DNA from: Lama guanicoe
Taxonomy: Eukaryota
Reading direction: 5' to 3'
Length of the DNA stretch: 20,000 nt
Assembly (NCBI GenBank): GCA_013239625.1
Contig: MU053347.1
Span: 64,661-84,660, forward strand
Part shown: positions 1 through 11,560 of the stretch, piece by piece
Position numbering within the stretch: the first letter of the stretch is position 1
Layout of the letters: every line of letters begins with the position of its first letter
Made by a program: the position numbers and the translations under genes
Notes under the pieces: model-generated
Databases searched by the model: none
The model's input: the letters and a program-made list of their open reading frames with translations, nothing else
What the model was told of the DNA's origin: nothing

Positions 1-157
1 CCAGAAAATACTATGAAAAAACCAAATTCAACTGCAGTGTGGGAAACATGAGCAGGGCCCCTAAGCAGAATGACAAGCCCAAAGTAAGATGGCCCAATGT
101 TCAGATCAGAACCAGAACAACGACCACCTGGCCCCAGTTAAATGACCACCACCTCAC

Positions 158-403
158 CTGCAATAAACTGCTCGTACTCAATGTCAGGGATGTTTCTGTT
201 GAGGTTTGAGAGGTCAAAGGAGTCGGACCAGGGAATCCAGACCTGGTTGATGTCAGGGCTCTGCCAGTGGTAGAGGTGGCCCCAAGGGGATAGCACCAGT
301 ACCGGCTCCTCCATCTTCAGCAGGGTCTTCAGGAGGAAGGCAATGTCAGACGTTCCTACGGAGGCTGATGCCCTCTGGAGGGTTCAAGTCACACAGAAGG
401 TAC
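158..403 (-). pseudogene. POFUT2: POFUT2 exon 2, disabled copy (unprocessed pseudogene)
   Basis: Minus strand reads [18 protein letters not shown] and then, after a frameshift, [62 protein letters not shown]. This matches human POFUT2 [83 protein letters not shown]. Acceptor ctttgctccctgtcag|G (AG at 405-404) and donor G|gtgag (GT at 157-156) are retained. Length is 246 nt versus 251 expected; TGA at 348-346. Confidence 0.93.
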
Positions 404-671
404 CTGACAGGGAGCAAAGGAGAGCAGGTCTTCAGGGCCAGGCCTCTGCACAGGAATCCTGGCTTAGATAGAACAGATACAACGGGAACCCCTGCACAGC
501 CAATGGCCTAGACTCCAGACACATTCAGCAGCTTCTGGATTGTAAAGTGGAGGCACTGCCCACCCATCTCCATGTGGCCAATTACTTCAAGTCCGGGAAC
601 AGTTGCGGAAGACATCTTGACGTATGTCTAACACCACTAAGCACCTGACTAGCACCTGAGCACCCTTTCTC

Positions 672-1143
672 CAGGGGCTCTCAAACTTCTTGTTCTACAG
701 AACCCTATACACTCTTAACAATTACTGAGAACTCCAAAAGGCTGTTATTTATGTGAGTTAAATCTATCAATATTTCCTGTGTTAGAAGTTGAATAAGAAG
801 TTAGAAAAAGTGTATGAATTCACTTAAAAATATTAACAATCTACTGTATGTTACCATTAATACTCTTAAACAAAATATAATTCTATTTTTCAAAACAAAA
901 ATCATTAGTGAGAAGAATAGCAGTGATTTTAATTTCTGCAAATCTCTTTTGGACTGGTGAGAGCTGAATTCTCCTATGTGCCTCTGCATTCCCTGTATTG
1001 TGATATCACAGGCCAGGGTTTCCCTGGAAAACTCCACAGGAACTAGGGAGAGCAAGAGTGTGCAAAAGGCAGGTGACATCCCGACGTTTCTATGAAAATG
1101 GTCTTGCACCTCAGGGGCCTTGGATACACTTTGTTAACTGCTG
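672..1143 (-). mobile_element. hAT-Charlie DNA transposon fossil (Charlie1b-like), inside the POFUT2-copy intron 1
   Basis: Termini CAGGGGCTCTCAAAC...CTTTGTTAACTGCTG, and internal 'acactcttaacaattactgagaactccaaaaggctgttatttatgtg' resembles the Charlie1 consensus. AT-rich island in a GC-rich background. Confidence 0.75.
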
Positions 1144-1800
1144 CCCTATCCTAGGCGGGACTCTTCTACACAAGAGCCAGGCAAGGGTCCTGGATTCTGT
1201 AATGAGTTACCGCCGCCACCGCACCCCTCCCTTCTCTGTGTGTTTCTCACAACCTCCATTACTGCAGATGAGGATGTAATCCTCAGCCAGGGCCTCTAAT
1301 CCCAGAAGACTGCTAACTTCAAGAGAGAGGGTCCCATCTACCATCCCTACACCCCGCATAGTTTATTTTGAGTCAAGCCCTAGATAACTCCTTATCGGCA
1401 CTGACCCTTGTCTTATTCCTGAGGTTGACTGAAGGAACCAACTTCTGGATGAGGATGGAACTTTCCCTGCAGATAAACAAGGCTGATAAACCACCCCATT
1501 CCAACATCTGATTCTGGGGCTCTTCAAAACCCGGGTAAGGCCCCGCTTCATCTAAGAGGGGTCCTCCGCCTGCCCTTCCCGGGGGGTTCTGGGAGGCCGC
1601 GGCCACCAAGGTAGACCCAGAATCGTGGCCCCAGCCCCAGGGCCTGAGGGGGAGGAAAGCTTGGGGCTGTGCCCAAGCCCTGCCCCGCCCCGCCCCAACA
1701 CGCTCACCGGCACCACAGCCCTCCCCAGCCACAACCCAAACCGCGATCCCACCCCGGTTCATGTCCACCGGCCCCGCCGACGGCGCGGACGTACGTTTAC

Positions 1801-1905
1801 CATCTGTGGGACTCCGCCCCAGACAGGATGTCAGCCGCCGACAGACCAGGCGAGAACTAGTCGCCCGGCCAAGCAAGCCGCCATCCCCAGCAGCAAGCAC
1901 CGCAT
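1801..1905 (-). pseudogene. POFUT2: POFUT2 exon 1 coding remnant
   Basis: Minus strand ATG at 1905 gives MRCLLLG (cf. signal-peptide FLLLG). A shifted frame gives [19 protein letters not shown], matching human [21 protein letters not shown]. Phase-2 donor TG|gtaaac (GT at 1800-1799) matches the phase of the exon 2 acceptor. TAG at 1859-1857; the ATG frame stops at 1833-1831. Confidence 0.85.
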
Positions 1906-1984
1906 TGTCCCTGGCAGCTACACACTTCCGGAGCCCGCTCCCCGCCCCAGAAGCGCACCCAGGCCCGCGCGGCACGCGGCGCCT

Positions 1985-1998
1985 GTAACCATGGCAAC
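1985..1998. promoter_or_regulatory. RFX-type X-box motif
   Basis: GTAACCATGGCAAC, a near-palindromic match to the RFX consensus GTNRCCATRGYAAC, inside the CpG island. Confidence 0.6.
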
Positions 1999-4004
1999 GC
2001 CGCGGGGCCCTCCCCTAGCGCTTGCGTTGTTCGTCCTCCTGAGTCTAGATGTGCGAGGGCAGAACATGCAGAGCCAATGGGAGCCAGGGCGCTGCCAGGA
2101 CAGGGGTGGGGGAGCTTATGGGACAGATGGGCGGGGCCGCGGCGGGCAGGGCCGCGCGGACGTTCTCACTTGCAGGTGGCGCCGGCCGGAGGCTGGGGCG
2201 TTGCTGCCACCAGTGGGCGGGGCAGCGGGGCAGCGGTGCGGCGGGGCCGGGGCACCCTCACCTGTCCGTGTGTGGGGATCAGCCTGGGCTCCACGGCCTC
2301 CGCTTGCACCGGACGTGGACCCAGGCTAGCTGTGGGCAAGATAGAGGACTGAGCCCAGGCAAGCAGGGCTGGCCAGGTAGGGCACCTGAAATGCAGATCC
2401 GCCAGGCCAGCTGCCGGCCTTGAATACGCGCTGCAAGGCAGTTTCCAAGAAGACGGGATCTGTCATAAGAGGGGAGGTAGGGCTGGGGTGCCAGATGCCG
2501 GGTTGGGTGCAGTCTCAGAGGAGAGCCATGGTGAGAGGGCGCAGAGCTGCCCCTGTTTTGGCGGGGCTAAGAGTTTGGGGTATAGGTTGGGGGTGGTTTG
2601 TGCCTTCCTCTGTGGTCTCCCCAAGAACCTTCACTCCAGAGCAAGGGTCTCTGCTACCCCCACCCCTCACTGCACTCCCTGCCTTCCCCAGCACCACCTG
2701 GGGTGTGGTCATGTCGGGGCAGGGAAGGCCCAAGGAAGGGGCTTATTCAGGGGCAGGGGCCACTCTGCAGGGATGCTGGAACTGACAGCGATGTGGTGCT
2801 TCGGAACTCCCCTGGGATGGGTTTCTAACCAGTGGGATGGAAGGGCCTCTCCTTCCTGAGGTGCAGTTGGGGGAACTAGATCCATCATGAATGTCAGCCC
2901 TGAAAATGGAGGCTGGGCTACATCCATTCCTAGAATGACAAATCAGGCCCCTCCAGCCAAGGTGACTCAGAAAGTCATTCAGCAATGTTCGGGGTCCCCA
3001 GTTTAGGCTTTCAATTAGAGCTGAGCAGCTCAGGAGGCCATATCCCTGTCCGTGGCTCCAGGAGTAGGCTTTCTGCTTGGGGACAGGCTCCTCACAAATA
3101 CCTGTGTCTTTGTGGGTCACTCCCCTCTGACAAGCTGGGAGGCAGGGTGCAGTTGTGGGAAATTGTGTTTCCATGAGGAGAGGGCCACCAAGTGCTGGGG
3201 GCACAGGAGAGGGTGAGAAAGAGTCCCGCAGCCTCTCTGGAATCAAAAAACTGGCAAAGGTGAAAAACTGCATAATTTGTTTTATTGAACAGGCTGCTTA
3301 TGCACGTTTGGAGGGCCAGGTTCAAGGACTCTGCATCCCTCCAGGACAATAGCCTCAAGAGAAGAACAGACAGAGTAGGAGGAGTTGTGGGGTTTCTCCC
3401 AGGAATGAGGCAGAACAGGGATTTCTGCAGATTTTCAAGGAGACCCCGACCACTGAGCACGGGGTTACAACCCCACGTGACCCCTGTCGTGTTTGGCTTG
3501 GGCTCTGGGTCTGGCCTGATCATGTATTCTTCCAGCTGAGTTCCAGAAACTCAGAGGGTAGACTTAGAGGGGCTGCGCTTGGAACCCGGCGTGGAGACGG
3601 AGGGTCCTTTATCCTGAGTCCCCTCAGCCTAATCACTGTAGCTGAGTTCCAACACCACCCAGGCCCCCGGGTGGCCGTGGAGGGAGAGCAAGCCTGGCAG
3701 GCGACCTAGGGGTCCCACTGCTGTGTTCTTCCCTTGTCTTCGTTCTCTTTCACCTCGGAAGGTGTGATTGTCTTGTGTCATGGTGGCCACCGCAATGTCC
3801 CTCCCACCAATCTCTTTTCTCCATCAGGTGGGGTTCCCACCCCCGCTCAGCCTTCTCTCTGCATGGATGCTGAAGGACCAGGCCCACCTGAAGTTCTGAG
3901 CTTGAGCAGTAAGTTGGAAACAAAGAAACCAATGGAAACAAAGAAGCAAGTGATTGTGGCAAAGCTCCCCACCACAGAGAAGCTGCCCTGAGTGGAAGGG
4001 AGTG

Positions 4005-4143
4005 TGTGGGCATGCCCATTTGTTTCCTGTCTCCCAGTGCTCTTCGCTTTCTTATTGCAGACCTGCATGTTTACAACAAAATGATCTGCAAAACTGAAAA
4101 TATTTACTCTCTGGGTTTTACAGAAAAGGCTGACCAGCCTCTG
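4005..4143 (-). mobile_element. MER58-like hAT MITE fragment
   Basis: 'ctgcaaaactgaaaatatttactctctgggttttacagaaaaggctgaccagcctctg' resembles the MER58A terminus CCGCAAAGCCTAAAATATTTACTATCTGGCCCTTTACAGAAAAAGTTTGCCGACCCCTG. Confidence 0.6.
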
Positions 4144-4869
4144 GTTCCAGTACCGGTCAAGTGTGGAGTACCTTTCCAGTTTGGAAACATCTGGGCAGGC
4201 CCAGGTTTGCCAAATCCCTTAAGAGTAGTTCCGGAGTTTGCTTCTAAACATTTTTACGGCTGTATACTTCTGAGCTGAGGTTGTGCTGTGTAATTCTGAG
4301 CCAGGATTTTCTCAAACTGTTTCTCATTTCTTATACCGGACACCCCTAAATTCCAAGGGGAATGGGATGTTAAGGAAGCCATGGAGTTTAGGAAAAAGAT
4401 ACAGATTTCATTTCCATTTAAGCTTCGATGTATCTCCATCCTAGGCAGTATCGGTTATGTGGTATTGATAGGGGAACTAAATAGCAACCAAATTTATAGA
4501 AAATAGTGGGTCATTGGGTACACAAGTTCTTCTTTTCAACATTTTTGTAATGTTTGCAGTTTAAGATGACCATTCCTGAGAAACAGGCAGCCTCTTAGAA
4601 TGAAATAGCATTTTCCCTGAACCATACTCAATTTTTATTTTGTAGACAGCAGGAAGGGCAATCACACATCCAACACTTGGGGACCTCGAAGATAAAATGT
4701 AACTTTCTGAGAGTACACTCCCCCAGTCTCCCCTTGCTCTTTTCACTGTCCCATTGTCCCTGAAGGCTCTTTCGTATCTTCTGCTCATGACTCCAGTAAC
4801 TCTTCCTCCTCGTTCCTCAGCTGGTAAGTTTACTTTTCTACTTTGACCAGGCAAACTGAAGCCAACAGA

Positions 4870-7163
4870 AGAGAACTTTCACCAGCAACTCCCAGCACAT
4901 CCGCTCTCCTTCTGATGTCTGTGACCTCACTCTCGCTGCCCCACCTCTTATTACAGGTGACATCGAAATCCAGATCATCCAAAGGTCGCCAGGGGGGCAA
5001 TCCATTCAATCTTCTCCGGGCTGTCACTCCCATATCCATCCTCTCTGTCACTACCTCATCTATTTTGTCCTCCTGTGAGTTGGCTCCTATCAGAATATAA
5101 ACGTCCATCGTCTTAAAAGGAACAAATAGCACTCCTTGACTCTAATTCACCCCCACCAATTGCCACCCCATGTCTTTGTGGCAAATCTTTAATGAGTAGT
5201 TTAAACTCACTGTCTGCATATTCCCTTGAGCCATCGCCTTTTGCACCCACTCTGGCTTTTCCCCTGATCCCTTGCTCTATGGAAACTGCTCTGTCAGGGC
5301 CATCAGTGACTCCACGTTGCTAAACATAGTGGTCAGTTTTTAGTCTTCATCATGTGTGGCCCTTTGGCAGCATTTGACCCAGCTCTTCCATCCCTCCTCC
5401 CCCGTGTTCCTGCTTTACTTGGCCTCCAGCCCATCGCTCTGCTTTCGATCCACTGGCTGGTCTTTTGCCAACGTCTCCTCTTTTATCCATTTACTGCGAA
5501 TGTGCCCCGAAGTTGGGTCCTGGGTCTCACCACTAACTCTCTGCTATACATTTGGTGGAAGCAACCAGACTTGGAAATTGACATGCCATCAATTTCTCGA
5601 TTTGTCCAAAACTCTGATTGGCCCTTTCCATTTGGAACTCTCCCTGATACTCATATTCTTTTTCTTTCATTCATCTTGCTTTCACATTCATACATATGTT
5701 CTACTGTGTAAATTACTTTTCCAAATTTTGAATCAGTCCATACATATCATGTAAAATGCTCAGATCTCTATTATTTCCATTAAGATGCTTATTCTACCTT
5801 AGAACCTTTCTGCATTTCTGTATTTATGTCAATAAAGTGAATAGTATTTCTACAAGCCTCATAGTTAAACAGTGTGTTTGTTTGGGGCTATTATGTAACA
5901 TGAAATAATGATACATCAACATAGTCCTTTTTCATTTAATTTTATGTAACACCAAGATGAGGTTTTTGCACTGAAGACTGGTTTTATTGAAATTTTACCT
6001 ACGTTTTGGACAGTCAGTTTATGTGAAAGCTCTCATTTCTCCCCTTTTCTGATGTATTTTCCATTTGGCTATTATAACATACACCTTGGCATGAAATAAA
6101 ATTACAAATTCATTCACATAATAAAATTAATATATTTAAATTATATTCTTTAATGTTAAAAAGAAATAAAAAATAAACCCAGACTCCTCTACCTATTAGG
6201 CATTTCTATGGCAATATCTAATAGACTCCTTAACCATGACATTGAAGAACTGAGCTTATTCCAGCCCCTTCCCACCTGCTTAGCCCCATCTTGTCCCATC
6301 CCCTGTGGATGGAGAGGACATCCATCCCATTTTCCAGGTCAAGATGTTGGAACCATGTTCTTTCTCTCTCTTTCTCTTACACACACACACAGCAAATCCA
6401 GCTTGTTAGAAAATTCTGACTACTCTGTCTTCATGAACCACCTACTCCCTGTTCCCCACCCTCCTAGAAACCACCTTCAGCCCCTTGGACACCAAATAGC
6501 CTCCTTCTTCCATCTTTGCTTTTCTACAATCTCATCCACACAGAGTCAGAGGGAGCCTATAAAAGCATACATTGAGGGGGTGGGTTTAGCTCAGTGATAG
6601 AGCGCATGCTTAGCATGCATGAGATCCTGGGTTCAAACCACAGCACCTTCACTAAAATAAATAAATTACCCTCTGCCCCCCAAAAACCAAAACAAAAGCA
6701 TAAATTGGATATCACACATCCCATCAAAACTCACTAAAAGGGTCAACATTTCATTAGGAGCCAAAGTCGTCCAAATGTCTTCCAGGACTCGGCGTGCTCT
6801 GCCTCTCCGCCCACACTCTCCCCATCACTCTGGGCGCCTCTGGCTCCGGCTCTTCCTTCTTCCTCCGGATCTATGCTGCTTCAAGTTCATTACTCCGTGA
6901 GATCTGCCAGGATTTCCTTATTCCCTCCTGCCTGCCTCGCACCCTACCGCCATCACCTGAGTTTGCTCATATCACTCTTATTTATCCCCAAGCTCTTGCT
7001 ACCCCCAACATGCTGCCTGTTTCCTCTGCTAAAACTCTGAGCCCCCTGTGATGGGGAGTCGTGTCTATTTTGTTGACTAATAAAGCCCAAGGGCCTTGGG
7101 AATGGGTATAGTTACTAGATTCCCATATGTAGTAGGAGCTTATACAGATTTGCTGAATGAATG
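4870..7163 (+). mobile_element. Old LINE-2 (L2a-like) copy, interrupted at ~5555-6177 and 6575-6693
   Basis: Degenerate RT motif at ~5276-5380 (SMETAL..ISD.HVAK.SGQF...LAAFD, cf. L2 STETAL...DLSAAFD), pyrimidine-rich L2 body, and a 3' tail 'atttgctgaatgaatg' ending ~7163. Confidence 0.75.
6575..6693 (+). mobile_element. tRNA-Ala-derived SINE, camelid Vic-1 type
   Basis: GGGGGTGGGTTTAGCTCAGTGATAGAGCGCATGCTTAGCATGCATGAGATCCTGGGTTCAAACC (A and B boxes), followed by AAATAAATAAATTACC, a C-run and an A-rich tail. 14-nt target-site duplication aaaagcatacattg (6561-6574) / aaaagcataaattg (6694-6707), one mismatch. Confidence 0.88.
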
Positions 7164-7399
7164 CAGAGGTCCTTGTCCAATCCGATGGAGCACTTCTGTG
7201 TCCTGCTCAAAGAATAACTCTCCTTTCCTCCTGAGAGGGGGTGACCACTTCCTTGGTGATCAAAGGCAAGATCTATTATCTTTATGCTGTTAACCTTAGG
7301 CGGGGAGACTGGGGATCTTCATTTATATTTTAAAATTTGATTCACTCTGCAATTTGTCTTCTGTCTAAGTATCCTTTTGAGAAACCGTTTATGAGTGAT

Positions 7400-7530
7400 C
7401 ATTCTTCCATCAGATTGAACAGGATCCAGGGGGAAGTACCAACACTGTCCCATCGGCCATCCTGTGTGTCATGTCCTGTGACCCAGTGAATACTCAGCAC
7501 GTAAGTGAACCGACAGGAGTGAGTGAAGAG
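7400..7530 (+). mobile_element. L2 3' end fragment (L2b/c-like)
   Basis: 'ccatcagattgaa...cagtgaatactcagcacgtaagtgaac...gagtgagtgaa' resembles an L2 terminus; highly diverged. Confidence 0.4.
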
Positions 7531-8249
7531 ATGGGAGCATCTCATTATTGTGGTGGCTGCACTCTGCCCGATGCCTTGAGATTTGGGGTTTACAAGTGCG
7601 GAGGGGAGAGGCCAGGTCCTCTGTGCTCTTCCTGAGTGCCCTGGCCTTACCCATTCCCCCAGCCCCCTCTGGGCAGCCAACCCGAGGAGCTGGGCCACCG
7701 GCGATTGTGCTGATCACTAATCGACCTCACCCAAAGTCCGGGGGTTGGAGCGGCCAGCACAACTGGTTGTAGACTCTGGAGTCAGGTCCTTGGAGGAATT
7801 CCTCACTGAACGATGTTTTGGACCTTTCATTTTTCTCTATAGCCTCCAGCTGAAGAAACAGATCGCCTTAGATACATGAAAGGTGAAGACACCTACTATC
7901 CCCATGGAGCCCAGGTGGGGCTGTGAGTCTGCTCTTTGTACAGCCGGTGGGCTCGTGTTGCTTTGGGCATCCCTGTGCCTGAATTCCTGCAGTACACTCG
8001 GTGGTAAGAACGGGGGTGCCTGGCAGGGAGGGAAGCGTGTCGGGAGAGTGCACAGCTGGGGAGACTTTTACCTGCGGTGAGCGGGAGCTGGCTGATGCAT
8101 GGAATCTCGGTGCAGGGAACTCTCCACACTCAGAGAGGTTCCCACTCCCGCAGGGTCCCTTTGATCAGGGTGCTGGGTTGTCAGCAAAACAGGGTCCCTG
8201 TGAGGATCATGGTGCCTTCAGGCAGTGGGAAGTGAGGGGTCCAGTGGCA

Positions 8250-8355
8250 CTTACATTAACTGTGCACCCGAAGCCAACCCCCGTCTCTTTCAGCCTGTTT
8301 CCTAATCTGCAAAATTGGAATGATGTTAACCATCCCGCAGGTTCGTTGATGGGCT
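8250..8355 (+). mobile_element. MIR SINE core fragment
   Basis: 'cagcctgtttcctaatctgcaaaattggaatgatgttaaccatcccgcaggttcgttg' resembles the MIR core CCTCAGTTTCCTCATCTGTAAAATGGGGATAATA. Confidence 0.55.
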
Positions 8356-8429
8356 GGGACACACTAGACAGCCAGGAGCTGGAATTCCTCTGTCCCCTGA
8401 TTGTTATCCTTCTTTTCCACTATTTGCTC

Positions 8430-8680
8430 TCACAAGCTGTCTCTCTGTCTCTCTCTATTCACTTGTAACATTCTCTCCTGCTCTGGTTTCATTTGATTCC
8501 CACCCTCCTCCCAATCCCCAGATGAGTGAAATTAATTTCTGTGTGTCAGTTCCAAATTCCCGGGAAAGATGCTCTGTCTCCTCTGGATTGGTTGTCCAAC
8601 CCATCAGTTGCAGCCAGAGGAGTGACTCCCTCTGTGACCAGTGGAGGGGCTCTGCCCAGACCCCAGCCACCACTGTGGGA
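8430..8680 (-). mobile_element. Old MaLR LTR fragment (MLT1J/K-like)
   Basis: 'agttccaaattcccgggaaagatgctctg...ggttgtccaacccatcagttgcagccagagg' resembles an antisense MLT1K-type LTR. Confidence 0.45.
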
Positions 8681-11560
8681 GCACATAGCTCTCCGTGGAG
8701 GAGGTACTGGCTGTGACTTGGTGTCACTAAGTGTGAAGTTTTGTCTTCTCTTGCCCCACCTTCATCCTCCTAAACAAAGATGAAAATTAAACACTCCCGG
8801 GATTTGTATCATGGAACACTCAAGGTGGGGGCTAAGACGGCTGGATTCCCTGCTGAGTGTAAGGGGCTACAGTGACTCCCCAACGAGAGCCTGTAAAGGG
8901 AACCGCACCGGCCCCACAGGACACTTAGGGCACTGAGTCTGCGTGGCATTGAGCCAGGCTTCTGACTACAGCTTAGGGATCTGTTCTGACCGGTTAGTCT
9001 TTGAAACCAACCAGCTTTGGATTCCTCAATCCCTCCCTGAGGTTTTACCTGAACCACCAGCTTCTGTATCTCTGAAGACAGATGATGAGGACCCTTCACG
9101 TAAGGCATTTGCACAGCCCTGTGCGGGAATTTGTGCTGCACGGTCTGCCAGGTGAGCTGACCGAAGTTGGTATTTTACTGATCTTAGAAATAGTCTGGTT
9201 TCCTGATGCACTGTTTCACTGAACATGCAACAGAAGCCACCTGTGGCTGATAAAAGCAAAAAAAGGGACTTAATGAAAAGATACTGGGAGGGTGCATGGA
9301 GTGGCCCGGACCAGAGCCGACCCGGGGGCCGTAGGAGATGTGGGGGAGCTCCAGGCACCAGGCTGGGTAGGGTGCTACCAGGCCCCCTGCTGCCCCATCA
9401 GGGACCCCCCTCCTCCTGACCCTCCACCTCACTGCAGGTTCATGTCCCAGCAGGGCCAGGTCACACTGAAGCCACCGGCACACACCTCAATGGGGGAGTT
9501 GGCCCCGTCTCAGCTGAGGGCGTGCCTGGTGTGGGGAGATGCCCAGTTAGAGGAAGGCGGTTCCCCTACTGTTCCGAGTTAACGTGCAAGTCAGTGCCCG
9601 TCACTCAGGAGAGCCAGGCTGGTCGGACCTCATTGTGGTGACTAGGCCGTCTGAGTTCACTTACTACTTTTTAGGTTGGAAGGCCCAAGAGGGAGAAAAA
9701 GTGGAGGTTCTAGTACTTATTTTATATTTCCCATATACCAGGTGCGGTAAGCAAGCCACTTCAGACAAGGCCCAGAGCAACCACGTAAATAGTCCACGGA
9801 GCAAGTCGTGCAGTCAGGCCTCTGCAGCCACGAAACCCGTGTCATCATCAGCTCCGTAGTTACCAGTGGATGTTGTAGGGATTTATGGGACTGTGTGCTC
9901 CTGTGGGGGCTGTGATGTGTGTGTTTAAATCCACATCTTTAGAAACTCAGCTAGAACCACAGTCACTGATTGTCTGCACGGAGGCAGAGGAGGGGAGGCT
10001 TCCAGCCTCTGGTCCAGCTTGTGAGGAGCTCAGAAGCTGCTCCTTCTGTCCTGAAAACAATACCAGAGCTGAGGGAGCTGAAAACCCACTGCTCTTCTTA
10101 GATCCACAAGAAAACTGAGGGGGAAAGCTGCTCCCAACCCAGAGAGGCAGCCGGGCAGGCTTGGAGAGCACATCTCCCAGGGAAGGACCCGCTTTTGTAA
10201 GAACCCCGGGGGCAGGCAGATTTAACAGGTCCCTAATACTAGCTGTAGGCTCAGCGTGGGGAAGTCTGAGTGTGACAACTCCAGGGGGCCAGTCAGAGGG
10301 TTCCCCTTCTCTTTTTCATGCATTTTACCTCCAGGACCGTACCCTGTTCTAAGAGTGATGATCATAGGAAAACTCCTCATGCTTCCTGCCAGGAAAGGAA
10401 AAAATATCTCTATTGAAATACACCCAGAACATTCTCTTCCATTGTAGGCAGTTGTGTTTTGCTTTTTTTTTTTAATGAGAAATTATTTTACCAGAGCCTA
10501 ACCTACCTGGGGGAAGGGAAATCCCTTCTGTGTCACCCAAATTGGGGTGGGGGGGAAGAGACACACTTGTGGAGGTCACAGCTCAGGGCACAGGCTCAAT
10601 GAGAATTACTCACAGGACTACAGATGCCCTGCTCTGTCCCCCTCCCCCAACCCCTTACCTCCATGACAGGAGGGCCCCTGTGTAATGACAGGAATAAAAT
10701 TAAAAGAAGTAAATGTCTCAGGAGTGTCTAGGGAAAACCCAAAGTCAGGGGGGAGATGAAAACAAGGACACACAGGCGGCTTTAGCCTCTCACACGAATA
10801 GCTGTAGCAAACTACACACAGCCCAGCCCCAGTAGATAAACAGAAAACCTCACAGAAGAAACTATTTATTTTGGTTCTCTTACCCAGTGCATTCCATGGT
10901 GCATCCTCGCCTAGAATTGAGTGGAAGCAAGTCCATCTCAGAAGGGACATAACTGAAGAGGAATGGCTTTCCAGACCCTGATGGGCAGAGAAAGCACCAG
11001 CCTGGGATAGAGAAAGGTGAGGGGTGGGGTAGGGGGTGGGCTGTCTTCTTCCCCAAATAAGGAATCTTCTTGAGGCCAGCACAGTGGGAGGGAGGACCAT
11101 GGGGTGGAAGCAGCCAGACTTCTTCCTGAGAAGTGATAAGATGCCTACAAGGGACCATTCAGGTGCCCAAACTGGGTCCTGACGGTGGGAGCCAGTCGGT
11201 CTGCCTCAGAGCCCAGGACTGAGGTGGGCGCACAGCAGGCTGGTCTTACTTGGCTGGATCCATTTCAATTCTCCGAAGCCTTGTGTAAAACATGAAGCGT
11301 GGACGGCCTTGTGAGCACAGCTCTGCCCTCAAGACCGGTTTCAAATCCTCTCTTCCCAGAGAACAGCATCTCTGTGCCCATCCTGGGTGACCTCACAGAG
11401 ATCACCCTAGTGCCCCAGGCTAGTAACCGGGAACATGTACCTTCCTGCAGCCAACTCCAGACGTCCACTGATGCATCATATACTGGCAAAGATGTGAGTC
11501 CCTGTGCATTGGTCTAACAGCAGAGACTCTGCCACAGACCCAAGAGGTGGTGTGTGGGAC

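Larger units (their letters stand above)
1550..2330. promoter_or_regulatory. CpG island / promoter of the POFUT2 copy, possibly bidirectional
   Basis: High GC and dense CpG. ETS/GABPA motif CCGGAAGT (minus, 1931-1924) just upstream of the remnant ATG, X-box at 1985-1998, CCAAT at 2074-2078, GGGCGG boxes near 2128 and 2215. Confidence 0.8.

Noticed and set aside
158..355. Cryptic acceptor (ctccgtag at 357-356) rescuing the POFUT2 exon 2 frame
   Set aside because: The phase does not match the exon 1 donor, the pyrimidine tract is weak, and exon 1 is itself disabled.
1373..2423. Long overlapping ORFs (200, 234 and 124 aa) as genes
   Set aside because: Expected in a stop-poor CpG island. The only recognisable homology (POFUT2 exon 1) is in a different, broken frame.
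6576..6651. tRNA-Ala gene
   Set aside because: The acceptor and T stems are degenerate, and it has a SINE-type tail and target-site duplication, so it is a SINE.
9060..9370. Possible exon pair around a short GT-AG intron (9152-9233)
   Set aside because: No recognisable protein in any frame and a weak acceptor; indistinguishable from chance.
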